A program made the position numbers and the translations under genes. A stretch of DNA of 64,000 nucleotides from Mesotaenium endlicherianum. Lineage: Eukaryota. Shown here piece after piece: positions 1 through 13,000 of this stretch. The DNA lies in assembly GCA_009602735.1 (NCBI GenBank), contig WELA01002318.1, positions 537,984 to 601,983 of the forward strand. Reading direction: 5' to 3'. The notes under the pieces were generated by a model, which worked only from the letters and a program-made list of their open reading frames with translations, made no database searches and had not been told where the DNA came from. The number at the start of each line of letters is the position of its first letter. The first letter of the stretch is position 1.

Positions 1-177
1 CTCCCTCCCTCCCTCCCTCCCTCCCTCTCTCTCTCTCTCATATTTTCTGTCCAAGGAGAAAGAGCAAGCCTCTTCCAGTGCCCGATTGTGTAGGACCTCA
101 TGCATGCGTCTGACTAAACTGGGGGGGAACAGAAGAGATGAGGGGGAAGGGGGGAGAGATGCTGAAGGCGGGGTTAC

Positions 178-2083
178 CAGGGTGGTCGAAGTTGTACTCT
201 GTCACAAACTCCTGCTCCTCGGGCGTCAGCCCCCGGTAAAACGAGTCCTACTCTCACACAGGCACGCACGCACACACGGACAGAGAGAGAGGGGGAGGGG
301 GAGAGAGCGCGCCCATAATTGTGGAGCGTCAGAGGGGGCCACACTCGAGGAGCACTCTCATGGCTGCATCTGACTAGACCGCTGGTTCGCCAGCTGGGCT
401 GGGCGGGCGGGCGGGCAGGCGGGCGGCCTGCTACGGGATGAAAATGGCGCACTTGGTTGCTGCGAGTGTGGTGGTGGTGGTGGCGGTGGCGGCGGAGCGT
501 GGATGGTGACAAGCATCAGCCAGTCTCTCTCGAAAGGCTGCATCCTCCGCAAGCCTCGCCACGCACTGCATCCCGTCTGTCGTCTCTCCCTCTCCCTCTG
601 TGTCTGTGAGTGTGTGTGCGTGTGTGTGTGTGTGCGTGTGCGCGTGTGCGTATGTGCGCGTCTGTGTGAGTGAGAGAGCGTGTGATTGGGTGCAAGAGAG
701 TTCCTCCGATGTTCTCTGAGCCACATCAGCCCCTGGCTAGCTTCAGTCCCCTCATCCTCAGAGTGTGAGACGAGCCCCTCCCACCCCCCTATCACCACCA
801 CCAGCAGCAGCAGCAGCAGCAGCAGCCCTCACCTGGTTGACGAGGACGACGCGGTGGTCGTGGAGCTGCTGGATGATCTGATCGCACACCGTCGTTTTGC
901 CCGAGGCCGTGCCCCCCGCCACTCCTGCACGTCTCTACAGGCACTGCCCGTCATCCATCACTCTTCTCGCACAAGGCACACAGCGCACTTCCCTCACTTC
1001 AAGCGCCACACGAGCACACATCACACACAGCGAGGCATGCGCACTGAAGCATCACAATCCGCCCACAAACATGACGCACCCCACACACGCACACACACAC
1101 GCACACACACACACACACACAAGCAGAGACAGGAGAGACAAAGACCGAGAAAGAGAGGCAAAGAACCAGATACCGATGGAGGCGAGTCTGAAAATAGTCT
1201 GCAGCCACACGTGTGAGCAGGGGAGTCAGCAACCCCAGCTTGCTACTCACAGCAGCTTCTGTCACATGCACTGAATCTGGACAAGGTTCTGGCTCCCATT
1301 ACAGACCAATTGCAGCTCGTGTGCTCCAGGCCTCCTGGGGGCACATGTGGGGTGGGTCCGCAGGGGAGGACAGGTGGCAGAGAGCTGAGGGCTCGCTGAC
1401 CTATGAGGAAGGGCTCCCGATTGGCCGACGAGGCCCGCGCACGCGTGTGACTATCGATCTCTGCTCGTATGCCCGACAGGTGTGCTCTGCTGCTCACCTG
1501 CGCGCCCCTCATAACGTGGGCAAGCACAGCCAGCAGCAGCCAGCAGAGAGTTCCTCATTTAAGCTCGCCCTATAATATGGATATAATAACATATATATGA
1601 GCTCTATCTAAGCCGTGCTCGTATCTTATGGAAGCAAGGCCATCAAGTAGCCCCAGTACGATTCACATTCACATGTAAGCTTCTTTGTCTCCAGACATAT
1701 AGAAAGAGAAAGAGAAGCTTCCTTGTCTCCAGACATACAGAAAGAGAAAGAGATAGAGCGCCTGGAACTTGCTCTTCATACCCAAAGTTTGACAGTCCAC
1801 TCCCTTCACTCCAGGGGTCAGCCCAGAAACGAAGAAGCACCATACCAGTCTTCCTCTAAAGTACAGTGCGACCACTGACGGGAGGATGATCACCCACGGC
1901 TGCCCAGAGGGCATCAGTCTAGAGGCAGCGCCAGCAGACAGGGACTCCTGGCCAAAGTGCAATCTGTGGTTCAAGGAGGGGCTGCCTCAGAAGTATCCAA
2001 CGAACCTGCATGGCTTCTTCAATGTCCTCCAGAAAAGGCCTGCCTGACGTTTTCGTGGGAGCCTGCGACATGCCTAAAGACAT
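178..2083 (-). CDS. UKL: Uridine kinase-like protein (plant UKL/UCK type), 5' part. Coding exons 2083-2006, 1497-1401, 924-833, 247-178; continues off the left edge
   Basis: GT-AG exons with consistent phases give MSLGMSQAPTKTSGRPFLEDIEEAMQ|VSSRAHLSGIRAE...REPFLIG|VAGGTASGKTTVCDQIIQQLHDHRVVLVNQ|DSFYRGLTPEEQEFVTEYNFDHP. This is the P-loop plus DSFY/YNFDHP signature of uridine kinases. Confidence 0.95.
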
Positions 2084-2782
2084 TGTACCCGTTTTCCTGC
2101 TCCCAGTTGCAGCTTAAGGGTTCAAATTCACAACTGCTCCGGCCGACCTTTCCAAGGAGCACCTAATTTCCCTCCGTCGAAATCCCGTCAACGTTCTGCA
2201 TATCACCAGTCAATTTACCTTGATCTCCTAATTTTGTACTCTTCTTCGAGCTGAATTTCTTTGAATATATTCTGATCATCATCAATATCCCCCAGCTAAC
2301 ATCTGCTCATACCGCAAGCATCCTCTGTTGAAAGAAGCAGGAAATCAGGCTTGAACCAAGGCTGATTGATGCAACTGGGTCAAATCACCTGGCAGACTTG
2401 GTGCAACTTAGAGCCCCTTAACTTAATTCCGAAGCATTCAGCCCCCAATTGCCTCACCATAGTTACCAGTTAGCAGCAGTGTGCGCCCACTTCACCTCTT
2501 CGGTTTTCACTCCTAACCGAGTGTGAACGGTAGCACAAGCAACGACTCGATCGCGACTGCGAGATGCTGCGAAGCAGCGAGAGGCGGAGTCCATTCCTAA
2601 GCACTCTCGAGGACGTTTAGCACGCGTATGGGGAGGACCTGCTGGCAGAGTAAGCTATTTTTTGATTTTTTTTATGATTCATATATTATATTCAAGCAAA
2701 GAACAGAGAAGAATTATCAACCGACAGCTTGCAACTTTTGAAAGCTTGTTCAAAGGTATTGACATTAGTAGTGATACATAGC

Positions 2783-4232
2783 TGTCGCGACTGCTATCCA
2801 CTTGACGGTGGCGCACGCACAGCGCAAGCCACGGCCGCCCAGGTACGGGAAGTCAGCGTTGACTCACCGACCAGGGGACAAGTTATCTCAGTCAGCGGTC
2901 ATGTCAAAGTCGTTATCACTGTCAAAGTGGTCACGACACGTCAAACCCACACCCAGGGATGGATGGGGACAAAGTAGTCAGCCGAAAGGCTAGGGGTATG
3001 GAACCAGCAAGTGCCCGGAAAGGTGCTGATCAATTGGCTATCTAAGCCAAGTACAGCAGGGATGTTGCAGAGGCGTCGTGTGCCACCTCAGCCAAGACCC
3101 TCAGGTGACTAGTCACGGCTTGAGCGTTCATCCTAAACGCTGCCAGCCAGCCACATAGGTATGATTGTCAGCTGAAGAGCTAAGCAGTCACGCGCGACAA
3201 TTCCAAGGCATGCATGCATGCGGAATGACAACTCCTAAGCTGTGTGAGAGCTGCTAGGTAAGGACGGCATGCAAGCTAAGCACTGTGACTAAGCACTAGC
3301 ATTCTCAAGAGAGGATAATGTGTGGTGCCTGTGAAAGGCACGAGTCCTGCTTGAAGCTGCCTCATTCTTGCTCGCATCGTTGTCAAAGGAAGCTGAAGGC
3401 GCAGAAGGAGCACGAAGAAGAAGGAGTTTCCAAGGCCATAAAAGAGCCGAGACGCCACACTTCTGCCGACACTGGAAGATTTCTTCCTAAGTGTATCATA
3501 AAAAGGTTAGACCTCAGAAGTCCCCAAGAGAGGATCTCGCTGGTAGAAAGTAGAGAGCTGCAAAATAGAATCTGTTAGGAGATTAGCACAGATTTGGGTC
3601 AAACGCCACAAGCGTGCGAAGGACACTTAAAATGGTGAGTGCTGTGTTAGTTTCCAAGTTCTCAGAAGTCTCAATTGTCAAATTGCTGATAGCAAGAGTA
3701 GTTTTAACAAGTAAAGCTCTCAGTGAAGAACTGAGTGAGCCCAGCCGAGCAGTGAAGAGCTGTTAAGGCGCGGTATTGAGTGAAGAGCTCAGACCAGGCC
3801 AGCATAGATGTGCAGTTTCAGAGTTTTATAAGCTGTGACTTGTGGAAGTTAAGCGAAAGCCTTGAAGGGCAATTTTCTTTGAATCTGGCATTGCCTGTTA
3901 AGGTGCTTAGACGTGATTTCAGCAAACCACAAAACTTGTTCATTCTGTAAACCCTCAACTTGGGCAAAAACCTGTGTGGAAGTAAAACACTTCTGTCCTT
4001 GTAAGGGAAGCTGAGGATATGATAAGTTTTTGAAAATTTCTACTAAGTGTTGGTAGGGTGGGATGAGGAATGGGTCAACCCCAGCCACTTTGCCACCGAC
4101 ACACGTGCGGGAGACCATCAACTCGGTCGATTTTCCCACGTGCGGCGACGCACCGACACGTCAACCAGGTTGAAGGCACACGTGCTGAGAAGCTACGCAC
4201 GTGCCAGAGGTCCGACGCTGTTAGGCACGACA
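2783..4232. mobile_element. Probable solo LTR (or heavily deleted LTR element), about 1.45 kb, upstream of UKL
   Basis: Starts TGTCG (2783) and ends CGACA (4232), i.e. TG..CA with a 5-bp inverted terminus. Flanked by TAGC at 2779-2782 and 4233-4236. TATA-like tatcataaaaagg near 3495; no convincing ORF. Confidence 0.55.
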
Positions 4233-5911
4233 TAGCTTTTGCTCCTGCTTTTTATTAATCAAAATGCTTCCATATATTATCTTTAAAGTTTTATGATAGT
4301 TCTATAACTCAAATGCCAAGTTCTCCACATCCTATTTTGCGCAATCCATTGTCATATATTTCTATACCTTGTACGATCACGATAAAAGCTTCTCACGTTA
4401 GGTGGTATGCTAATTGTGTGTTATTAAGGTTTAAGCAAAGCCGCTTGCTTGTCATTACTGAGTTTGCAATTACTTGAGGCTTGATATGTTTGGATGATCT
4501 TGCAAAAAAATAATAGCAAAGCATCACACTTCCTTAAAATTGGAAAGCCCAAGTTTTAAACTTCTATTGAAGCCCAGGCATCTACAAGAAAGTAGTTGTA
4601 GAAGACATCTCTTCTCGTGCCGCACGTATTTGGCATCTACACCGCAGCTAGCTTCTTTGTTTGGATCGTCCACGTCTTGCCCTTTTAGGCTTAATCATTA
4701 CCGTATACACTGTACTTGGTTCCAAAGCACTAAACAGCAGCCGAGTCACTCTCGTGTGGGACAAAGACCTTGTGAGCCGACAATTTCCTCTTAAAAGCTC
4801 TGTGTTTTTACTTTGTTAGACTTTTCAACAAGTGGCAAGAATTGTAAACAAAAGGAGGACCAACCCTGATGCCTAACCTATAGCTTAACTCCATAGCTTG
4901 ACCATTGTAGGCCATCCTTGTTCATTTGCAACACTTGAGCATATTGCAAACCTTTTGTTCAACATCCGTACGTTTAACGCAAGCTGTTCCGAGTGATAAA
5001 ATACTAGCATATTGGCCTAGGTTGACGTACTAGGACTCCGTACAGCATATACATATGAATATAATCCTATGAAACAATCGTCCACATTATTCAATCACTT
5101 CCATCGAAAGATGCCTTCTTGCGGATTACTGGTTTAGAGAAAAAATATTGAATTTGTGTTTCAAAACACGATCGTCACTCTCGATTTAACACGATGTACA
5201 AAAGTTGATACATACAAGTGTTACAAATCTTATAGCCACACATGACTTGTGTAAATATACACGCTTAGCGTACTTTTGGCGTATCTCAACGTGCAATAGC
5301 AACTCAGCCGTACGTCCTTCATACGTATTACACCAATATGTATACTCCGTATCCGTATTTCATAAGCTGCATGATGGCGTAATCACAATCCCACCAGTAG
5401 TAGGGAAGTAAGTGCATGCTAAGTATTTTTATGCTCTCAATCAGTTTCAAAAATCTCGACCTCATGTGCTTTGCTTTAGCTCCGTCTACCTCCTCCTCCT
5501 TGTCATCCTTCTCCTCCTCCCTTGCTCTACTTGTCCTCCATGAGCCGAGAGCTGGCAAATGTGTCGAGGCCTTTCCGCTGTGCTTTGGCTTCATTGATTC
5601 AAGAGCTAATGCCAGCTTTTACGTTCTCTGAGATGCAATGCAGAGTAAGAATTACATGCCACGTCGATTTTCGATTTTGAGCAAAACTTTGTTGCCGCCG
5701 GAGAACTTGTTACCACTTGGCGGCACCTGCGACGTAGCTTTTTCGAAGGAGACCTGCAGGCAAATGCAATATTGGCGGCATCAGCAAGAGCCTCCGCCAA
5801 CCGATTGCATCATGGATGCATACATTTTTGCCAGCTATCGGGTGCACCTTGACACAGGTGCTGACGAGCCGGCCCAGCAGCAGGCGCCACATGTAAGCAC
5901 ACGAGCGGGAG

Positions 5912-7651
5912 ATGTTGGCTATTATCCAGGCTTTGAGGATTTGGCGACGTTATGTGGACGGACGGAAGGTGTTCATCAAGACCGACCACAAGAGCTTGGA
6001 GAAGTTTATGACGCAACCAACGTTGACACCAAGACAGGCAAAGTGGATGGAATTTCTGCAACAGTTCGACCACAAGATTGAGTACTTACCTGGGAAGATC
6101 AACCCTGCAGACGCTTTATCCAGGAGGTGTGACCTTGCAGCTGTCTCAGTCATCAAGGAGAATATGGACTTCAAGGAGAAGCTTCAAAGAGGTTATGAGG
6201 AGGACCCAGAGTTTGTTGATGGTGGAGCAGCTGAGTTCAACGCGAGTATGCAGAAGAAGGACGACATATGGTATTATTGTGATTCCAAGAGAGTGGTGGT
6301 ACCTGACATCAAGGAGCTACGAGACTTACTACTTGCGGAGCATCATGACTGCTTATATGCTGGAAACTTTGGAAGCGAGAAGACGGCAAGCGTGCTGAAG
6401 CGGGAGTACGACTGGAGAAATATGGACAAGGACATCAAGGAGTGGATCAGGAGTTGCGATGCGTGCCAGAGAAACAAGACACCAAATCAAAAGAATGGAG
6501 GTACATTGCAGCCCCTGCCTATTCCAGAGTATCCTTGGGAGCAGATTGCTATGGACTTCATCACGTCGTTACCAGTGAGTGGTCAAGGGCACGATGCAGT
6601 TTGGGTTGTATCTGATAGACTCAGCAAGATGGCTCACTTCATTCCCATGAAGGAGACTTGTACGGCAGCAGATGTGGCACGGCTATTCATTGATCACATT
6701 TTTAGGCTACATGGGTTGCCGAAGGTGATTGTTTCAAATCGGGATCCAAGGTTTACTAGCAACTTCTGGCGGTTATTGTTTACTTTGATGGGGACCAAGT
6801 TGAGTATGAGCACTTCCTATCACCCTCAGACAGACGGGCAGTGTGAGAGGCTCAATAGAACTCTGCAAGAGGTGCTCAGGAGTTTCACTATGGAAGACCC
6901 TTCAGAGTGGGACAAGAAGCTACCAGGGTTGGAGTTTGCCTACAACAACAGCATGCAGGGATCCACCAAGCAGCCACCATTCGCTATGGTTTATGGGCGA
7001 GAAGTATATCATCCAGGGAACATCTTGTTGGAGAAGGCCATGGAGACTCAGGTTCCTACTACACAAGCTTTTATGAAGCAGATGGCCAAGACTTGGGATA
7101 TGGCGAAGACGTGTATTCGGAAGGCACAGGAAGAGCAGGTCAAGCATGCTAACAAGCACAGGAGGGAAGTGACATTCCATGTGGGCGACAAAGTACTCTT
7201 GTCCACAGAGAACCTACCTTTCACAGGCAAGAGGAAACCGCGGGCACGGTTTACAGGTCCCTTTGTAGTGCTCAAGCAGGTGAATCCAGTGGCCTACAAG
7301 TTAGAACTTCCTTCAGGCTGGCGTATCCATGATGTGTTCCACGTCAGTTGTCTGCGGCCATACGTTGACCCGAATGAAGAACATCCAGGACGACTACCTA
7401 CACCGCCACCACCGGTCAAGATCGATGATGTATTGGAGTATGAAGTGGAGGCGATTGTCGGCGATCAACGAGTCAAGCAAGGTCAACGATTTGTCCAAGA
7501 GTATCTGGTCAAGTGGAAAGGCTACCATGCGGACGACAACACGTGGGAGCCAGAGGCCAACTTGACTCATTGTAAGAGTAAGTTGAGACGTTATCTGCAG
7601 AATGCGTCGAGGACGTCGCATCTTGAGGAGGGGGATGATGTAAGGTCATAG
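5912..7651 (+). pseudogene. Gypsy pol C-terminal remnant: RNase H end, integrase, GPY/F region, chromodomain
   Basis: Motifs (E)MLAII.AL..WRRY, TDHKSL, ADALSR, CDACQRNK, IAMDFIT, YHPQTDGQCER, IHDVFHVS and chromodomain YEVEAIV...EYLVKWKGY..DDNTWEP. Integrase appears damaged (GNFG for GHFG, VSNRD for VSDRD). 5'-truncated; stop falls inside the LTR. Confidence 0.93.
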
Positions 7652-8420
7652 GTTTATAAAGTGCATTTTTGAGTTTCATGAAAGTATGTTTTGATTGTAT
7701 AGTAGTATAGAGTGCATTTTTGTGGTCATTTTGATATAAAGTTCATCGAATTTGGTCAAGTATTGAGAGAGTTATGGATTTCCGAAGNTGTTACGTATTT
7801 CTGAAGTTTAATTAGTTTTGAAGTCGGTTGACGATTGTCCTTAATTCGCGGTGAGCGCGACCGTCGGATTGACCGACAGCGTCGAGCGATCTGGCCCGTT
7901 AAAATGAACTCGAACCTTCACGTAAGTTCGGCTGACGCGGAGTGCCGACTAGGTCGATTTACCTAGAAGTTTCGATTTAGCCTAGCGCGTCTAAGATAGA
8001 ATATTCTAGTAATGTCTATGTGGACGTCAATTCGGCCCGACANTATGTGGACGTCAATTCGGCTCGACACGTCAGATTAGACTGATCTGGTTTTCTCACG
8101 AATATTCTGGAAGGGACAATTTGACAAACATTTGAGGAAAATCCGTAGCTTCCTCCTAGAGAGAAGCACTTAGGCAGAAAATTATAAATAGGCATAACTT
8201 CTTTGTTTCTTATCAGTTTTCACTTCTGTAAATTTCTACGGGTTTGTAACGACAAGGCCTTTCATCTAGTTCATTTGTGAGCAGTTTCTTGCTACTCAAA
8301 ATGTTGAGTATTTTTCCTAAGCTTTGTTAGTGATATGCCGCTGCACTCTCTAGTATGATCGCAACTAGTTCCTTTCCTCGTGAGTTACTACGCTTCCACT
8401 AGGGCACTCTGCCCCTTTCA
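7639..8420 (+). repeat. 3' LTR of the gypsy element (about 782 bp)
   Basis: TGTAAG directly after the PPT; TATAAATA at about 8183; ends CA before the TSD. Confidence 0.85.
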
Positions 8421-11099
8421 CCACATGTGGGGTGTGTGGCAGCCCCATTAGCGGTTGGCCATCCGCCGCCCATGCCCAACCCCCACAAGGACATCTAATA
8501 TGAGCATGTTGTGATCAGTGGGAGAGAGTCCAAGTGGCAGGGCAACAAGGGTCATACATGTCGAGTGTCTCCCTAAAGCATAAGCCCCGAAAGAAAGTCC
8601 TACATGCACGTGCTCACCTGGTCAAGGCGGAACCCGGTCAGGTCCTTGATGCGACACTTGGCACCTCACGCTCATCTGCCGGCCAGCATTGGCTTGTCCA
8701 GGGCACACACGCAGGAGGAGCTTCCCGGGCCTCCCTCACCGCCCAACGCCTCCTTCTGGGCGGCGGTGTTGGCGGCATGGCACGCCACGCACAGCGTCCG
8801 CAGATTCTTGACCGTGCACTTGCCTACCCCTGCCACGTCATTCAATGCCGTATAAGCATCTACACATGCTACATCTACACATTTCTGGGTCACCAGACAT
8901 ACGCATACACACACACAAAAATACAAAGATGTACATGGAGATATATGGATGTACATATATATGAACATCTACGTACCTATACATCCAAACATGTATATAT
9001 AAACGTCACATACATATTCACCATACGCGCATTTCTTTCCCCTCATGGTCCTATCAGGTGTCTTCCGTACACGTATGTCAAACTTGCACAACAGCACATC
9101 GGCCCCCCCCAGAGAGTCTTTACCTGAGGAAGACAAGAGACACATATCCCGGCAACCTAGGTATATGAGCCCACATTCGCCTCACGCCACACGCTCACAA
9201 GCATCGGGAAAGTGGGGTTTGCTTGCGGAAGGGGGGGGTCAGAACAGGGGTCAACAATCTTGTTCGGGCGCCACTCCACATCCCTTATTCAGGTTTGGGG
9301 GGCCACTTCAGAGTCCTGGGTTCAAGGTGGCTTGAGGTTTAAAACCTAAGCTCTTGGGTTAGCATTAAGGGTTGCAGGTTTCTTGGGGAAGGTGCGGGGG
9401 TCACCTCCGGCGGAGCGCACGAGCACCCTCCCGTGGGACGCGTGCCAGGCGATGCCCTCCCGCGGGGCTCCTGCCCCACCTGCCCTTTCGTGCAGCCTCA
9501 TGCAACCTGGCGGGAAAGAGCGGCATGTGTGCAGATCACTCCAAAAACACAAGCCTGGTCCCCACTCAAAAGCCCTGCAACGCAAGCGTTCGCGCCGCGT
9601 GCAGGCACAAGCGAGCAGACCCAAAGCCCTAAAAGCTGCACCCTGATTAACGTGCTGCCACCAAAGGTATCTCCACCCAGAGCCTGGCACCTCAGTGACG
9701 CGACCTGCCACGTGTTACGCACACCACCCATCCTGGGGGCTGTTAGCCAGCCTCTCCAAATCGCCCTCGGAAGGACATGTCAATGCTGGAGCCAGCGCTG
9801 CTGGGAGGAGACTAAGGTGAAAGAGGGGAGGGGGGGGAGAGAGGCACGTGGCAGTCGAAGTCAGTGGAAGTCATTGGTGAGGCAGAGCGCGGGAAGAAGA
9901 GGGGGAGACCTGGAGCTTGCTGTGGGCGTAGGCGACAGCGTTGTGGTTTCCCTTTGGCCCACCCACCAGGCGACACAACCCGTTGTGCCAAGTGTCCACT
10001 CCCAAGACCCTCGTGAGAGCGGCCAGTGTCCTGCAATTGTTAAATTTTGCGATGTGTGGTCAGAGGCTGCAAGCGAGTAGCGCCACCTGGCAGTCGGGAG
10101 GAAGTTGCACACGGCGACTTCCAAGAGCGAGCTGCTGCCGGTCGGAAGGATGTCACTGCTTGGCGAGTGCCAGGTGTCGGGCGCCTGACTGAGCTGCCAC
10201 GTGGCAGACCCCTGTTTGCGCTGGCAGGAGGCAGATCCAGAGTGCTGTCAGAGAGGGAGGAACATGGGGTCCATTGTTAGTATGCCCCACATATGAAGGA
10301 CTTCCCAATGCTAATTTTGTCATACTATGGTGGGTGTTGGGGCCTGGCATGCATGCACAAGAAGCTAGACACGCTCGGGTGTAGAGTCTCACTTCAAAGT
10401 TGCAGATCAAAAATTTGGCTGCCCAGAATCAAGTCCGCTCTGCCCCTGCACTTGGACAGTGGACCGCAGCTGCTGAGCAGCTTCTCTGCAATTTCTTTCA
10501 TGCTTCAGGCTGAGGATTCCACTCCCCCTTCTTCTTGGGGGAGCTTCTACCTCCAATCAGTTGGCACACATGGCCCAAAATTTTCCTAGTGTTGCCACTG
10601 ATTTGGCCCCTGTCCAGTTGACAAGCACCTTGAGAATGGGCAAGCGGCAAATTTGAAAAAACGAAACAAAATTCAACGAGGGCTGGCGCGATTCCAGCCT
10701 TTCCGGGAGCTGGAAAACACGCTGAAGAAAAAGTGCCATCCGTTGGAAAACCAGCGCGGCATGCAAGGGTAGGAAAGTAAGCGCTCTTTAAGTGGGATTT
10801 TTACCCTTTCGCTGTCTTCCAATTTTCCTGCGCCCTCATCGCACATGTTTCATGCTCACAATACTAGTGTATATTCAACTTCCAGAGCAGGTGAAATAGC
10901 AAGCTGGAATGTCCATCAAAGCTTTTATTCATATTTACTGAAATTGATGTTACAAGAAGAATAGCACTAAGTTCTACACTTACATGACCTCACTTAGCTA
11001 CCTACATGCACACCTAATAGTACTATGCTACTTACATCACCTCACACAACTACCTACACAAAAGTAACATAGTAATAGTGCATAATGATGCCATAGTAA

Positions 11100-13000
11100 C
11101 AGCTTAATTTGGACCTTACGCCTATTCCAAGTTGTCACCTATCAACTTTCTATCTACCATCAGGTGCTTGGTAGCTCTTACAAAGATGAACCTGCCCTTC
11201 CACTACCCCCTCTTACAACCACTGAACTGGTGCAGCCATGGAGCTGCTTAATGAAGACGTTGCCTCTATTGTGTATAGGAGCTGGCAAGCTTGACTATAG
11301 TCCTGGCAACATAAGCAGTTTCTTGAGCTCCATCGACCACCTCAAACTTTCATTCTTTGACCTGCATTTGACCTGCAAACATCAACATACTCTGCAAGCA
11401 CAGGTTGTCTGCAGCTGACTAAATGCGCCACATCACCAGCTTGCTTAAGTCGACGGAGCTGACGGCTTGCACGCCACTAACAGCACCTCAAACCCAGTGT
11501 TACACTCGAGAACATGCACCTCAGCCAGCTGTTTCATCAGGCTGCACACTGGTTGCCCAGTTGTTGTCATTAACAGCGCCCACAACCACTCATTATAACT
11601 AGCTGCCGGATACTGGCAACACTGACGAAACAGCTAGGGCTGCCGACCAGGACTCTATGCACAGGCTGCTGCTGTCAGCCGTGTGCGTCGTAACGTCCAA
11701 CGACTGTATCACAGCATGCGCCACTATGCGTGCATGCATGCTAGCTTCTCATATAAGAGTCAACAATCTCCCTCCCCGCCCACCAGCCCACCCACCCGCT
11801 TGTATACCCACCTGTCACGTCAAAAGTCTGACCCCAGCCTGTTCCCAGCCTGTTCCCAGCCTGTTACCTACTTCTTCCAGGACTTCAAGAGAGCACAGCA
11901 GCGGCTATGCTCATGTCACTAGTAACCAGGAGTGGCCAAGTGCCCCTCCGTGCTGATTTGCGCACGTCACGCACATGGGCGTGTGCATTAATATGTGTGC
12001 ATGTACTTGTGTGAGTCTGCACGCGCACGTGTAAGTGCACGTGCACCTATGATGGTGCGGAGATGGAGGAAGGGGGGGTGGGGGGGACAAAGGGGGGCAC
12101 CTGTGATTGCCAGTGTTGACTACCACCTGGCGCACATTGTTGACCGCATCTGGCACACCTATAACTGCCAGCCACGTGTGCCACAAAAACCCCTCAGCCA
12201 CCCCCCTTTACCTCCACACCTCCCGTTTGCAACTTGATACTTCTGAGATATGGGTAGATGGCATGAGTGAAAGAGGGGGAGGGGGCGGGAAGGAGAGGAG
12301 GGGGAGGCAAGAACAAGGGAGGGGGCGACAGAGAGAAGGGAGGGGAGGGCGGGGAAGAGGGGGAGTGAGGGGGCAGGAAAGAGNGGAGCACCTGCATAAC
12401 AGGCATCTGGCACATGTTGTTGAGAACACCTGTACAACTCAAACAGCCAATGAGTTGCCAAATAATTATACTTCGATCAGCAAGGGTGTACTTTTGGCAA
12501 AAAGCACCTAACAGGCTAAGCAAGGGTAGAAAGTCTTGTCACACGGTAATGGGGATGGGACGGCCATGTACCCCGCCATGCACCTCCTAAACTTCTTCCT
12601 AGCCCTCCTCCTCTGTTGTGCCTCGAAGTTAACCTTCAGGAGCTAAACACTAGCAAGACGCTCCCTACCTCATTGGAGCACACCATGAGCTAAGTGTCGC
12701 AATTTGCAGCCTCCCCCAGGCAGCCTTGCTCAATTATGCAGCACGTAGCAATGCTCACCTGCACCCATGCCCCACGAGACTTGAACGGCTAGCCAGCCAA
12801 CGATAACAATGCCCAAAACAAGTCTCCATCCCCCCACTGCTTCTTCTGTCAGACGAGTAGTCCATTGAGAGTTCTTTTAGCCTTGCGTACATCAAAACAC
12901 CGAGGACAGGCATGCCGTGAATGGCCATGTGCTAACATCAGGAAAAAATGAGACCCCAAAACAAGATAACTTGCGATTTTTGAGGTAAGAAAGACGTGCC
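11100..13000 (-). pseudogene. Possible decayed spliced gene of unknown identity
   Basis: Several short AG...GT-bounded blocks on the minus strand (e.g. about 12160-12100 GVPDAVNNVRQVVVNTGNH; about 12940-12758) separated by intron-like C-rich/GT-rich DNA. Frames contain stops; no family recognised. Confidence 0.25.

Larger units (their letters stand above)
5892..8420 (+). mobile_element. Ty3/gypsy chromovirus with a large 5' internal deletion
   Basis: TSD CCACA at 5887-5891 and 8421-8425. Begins TGTAAG, the same 6 nt as its 3' LTR, then jumps into RNase H. Purine-rich PPT at about 7625-7638; 3' LTR ends TTTCA. Confidence 0.88.
4500..10620 (-). pseudogene. Degenerate inverted copy 1 of the ZRANB3-like locus: exon 1 and the start of exon 2 fused to the HNH exons and 3' region; helicase core deleted; interrupted by the gypsy element
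   Basis: Reverse complement aligns by eye to 46800-47765 (10620-9645) and 59970-62250 (9645-4500). Remnants include REGIAWHASHG (vs EGNAWHADH) and KCTVKNLRTLCVACHAANTAAQK (vs ECALENLRTLCVACHAANTAAQK). Introns retained; stops and frameshifts present. Left boundary approximate. Confidence 0.88.

Noticed and set aside
358..1274. His/Thr- and Val/Cys-rich ORFs here and throughout the window
   Set aside because: Translations of (CA)n/(GT)n/(GA)n intronic microsatellites or antisense shadows of real exons.
8017..8070. 27-bp tandem duplication in the gypsy LTR
   Set aside because: The two units are separated by an N, so it is probably a contig-overlap artefact.
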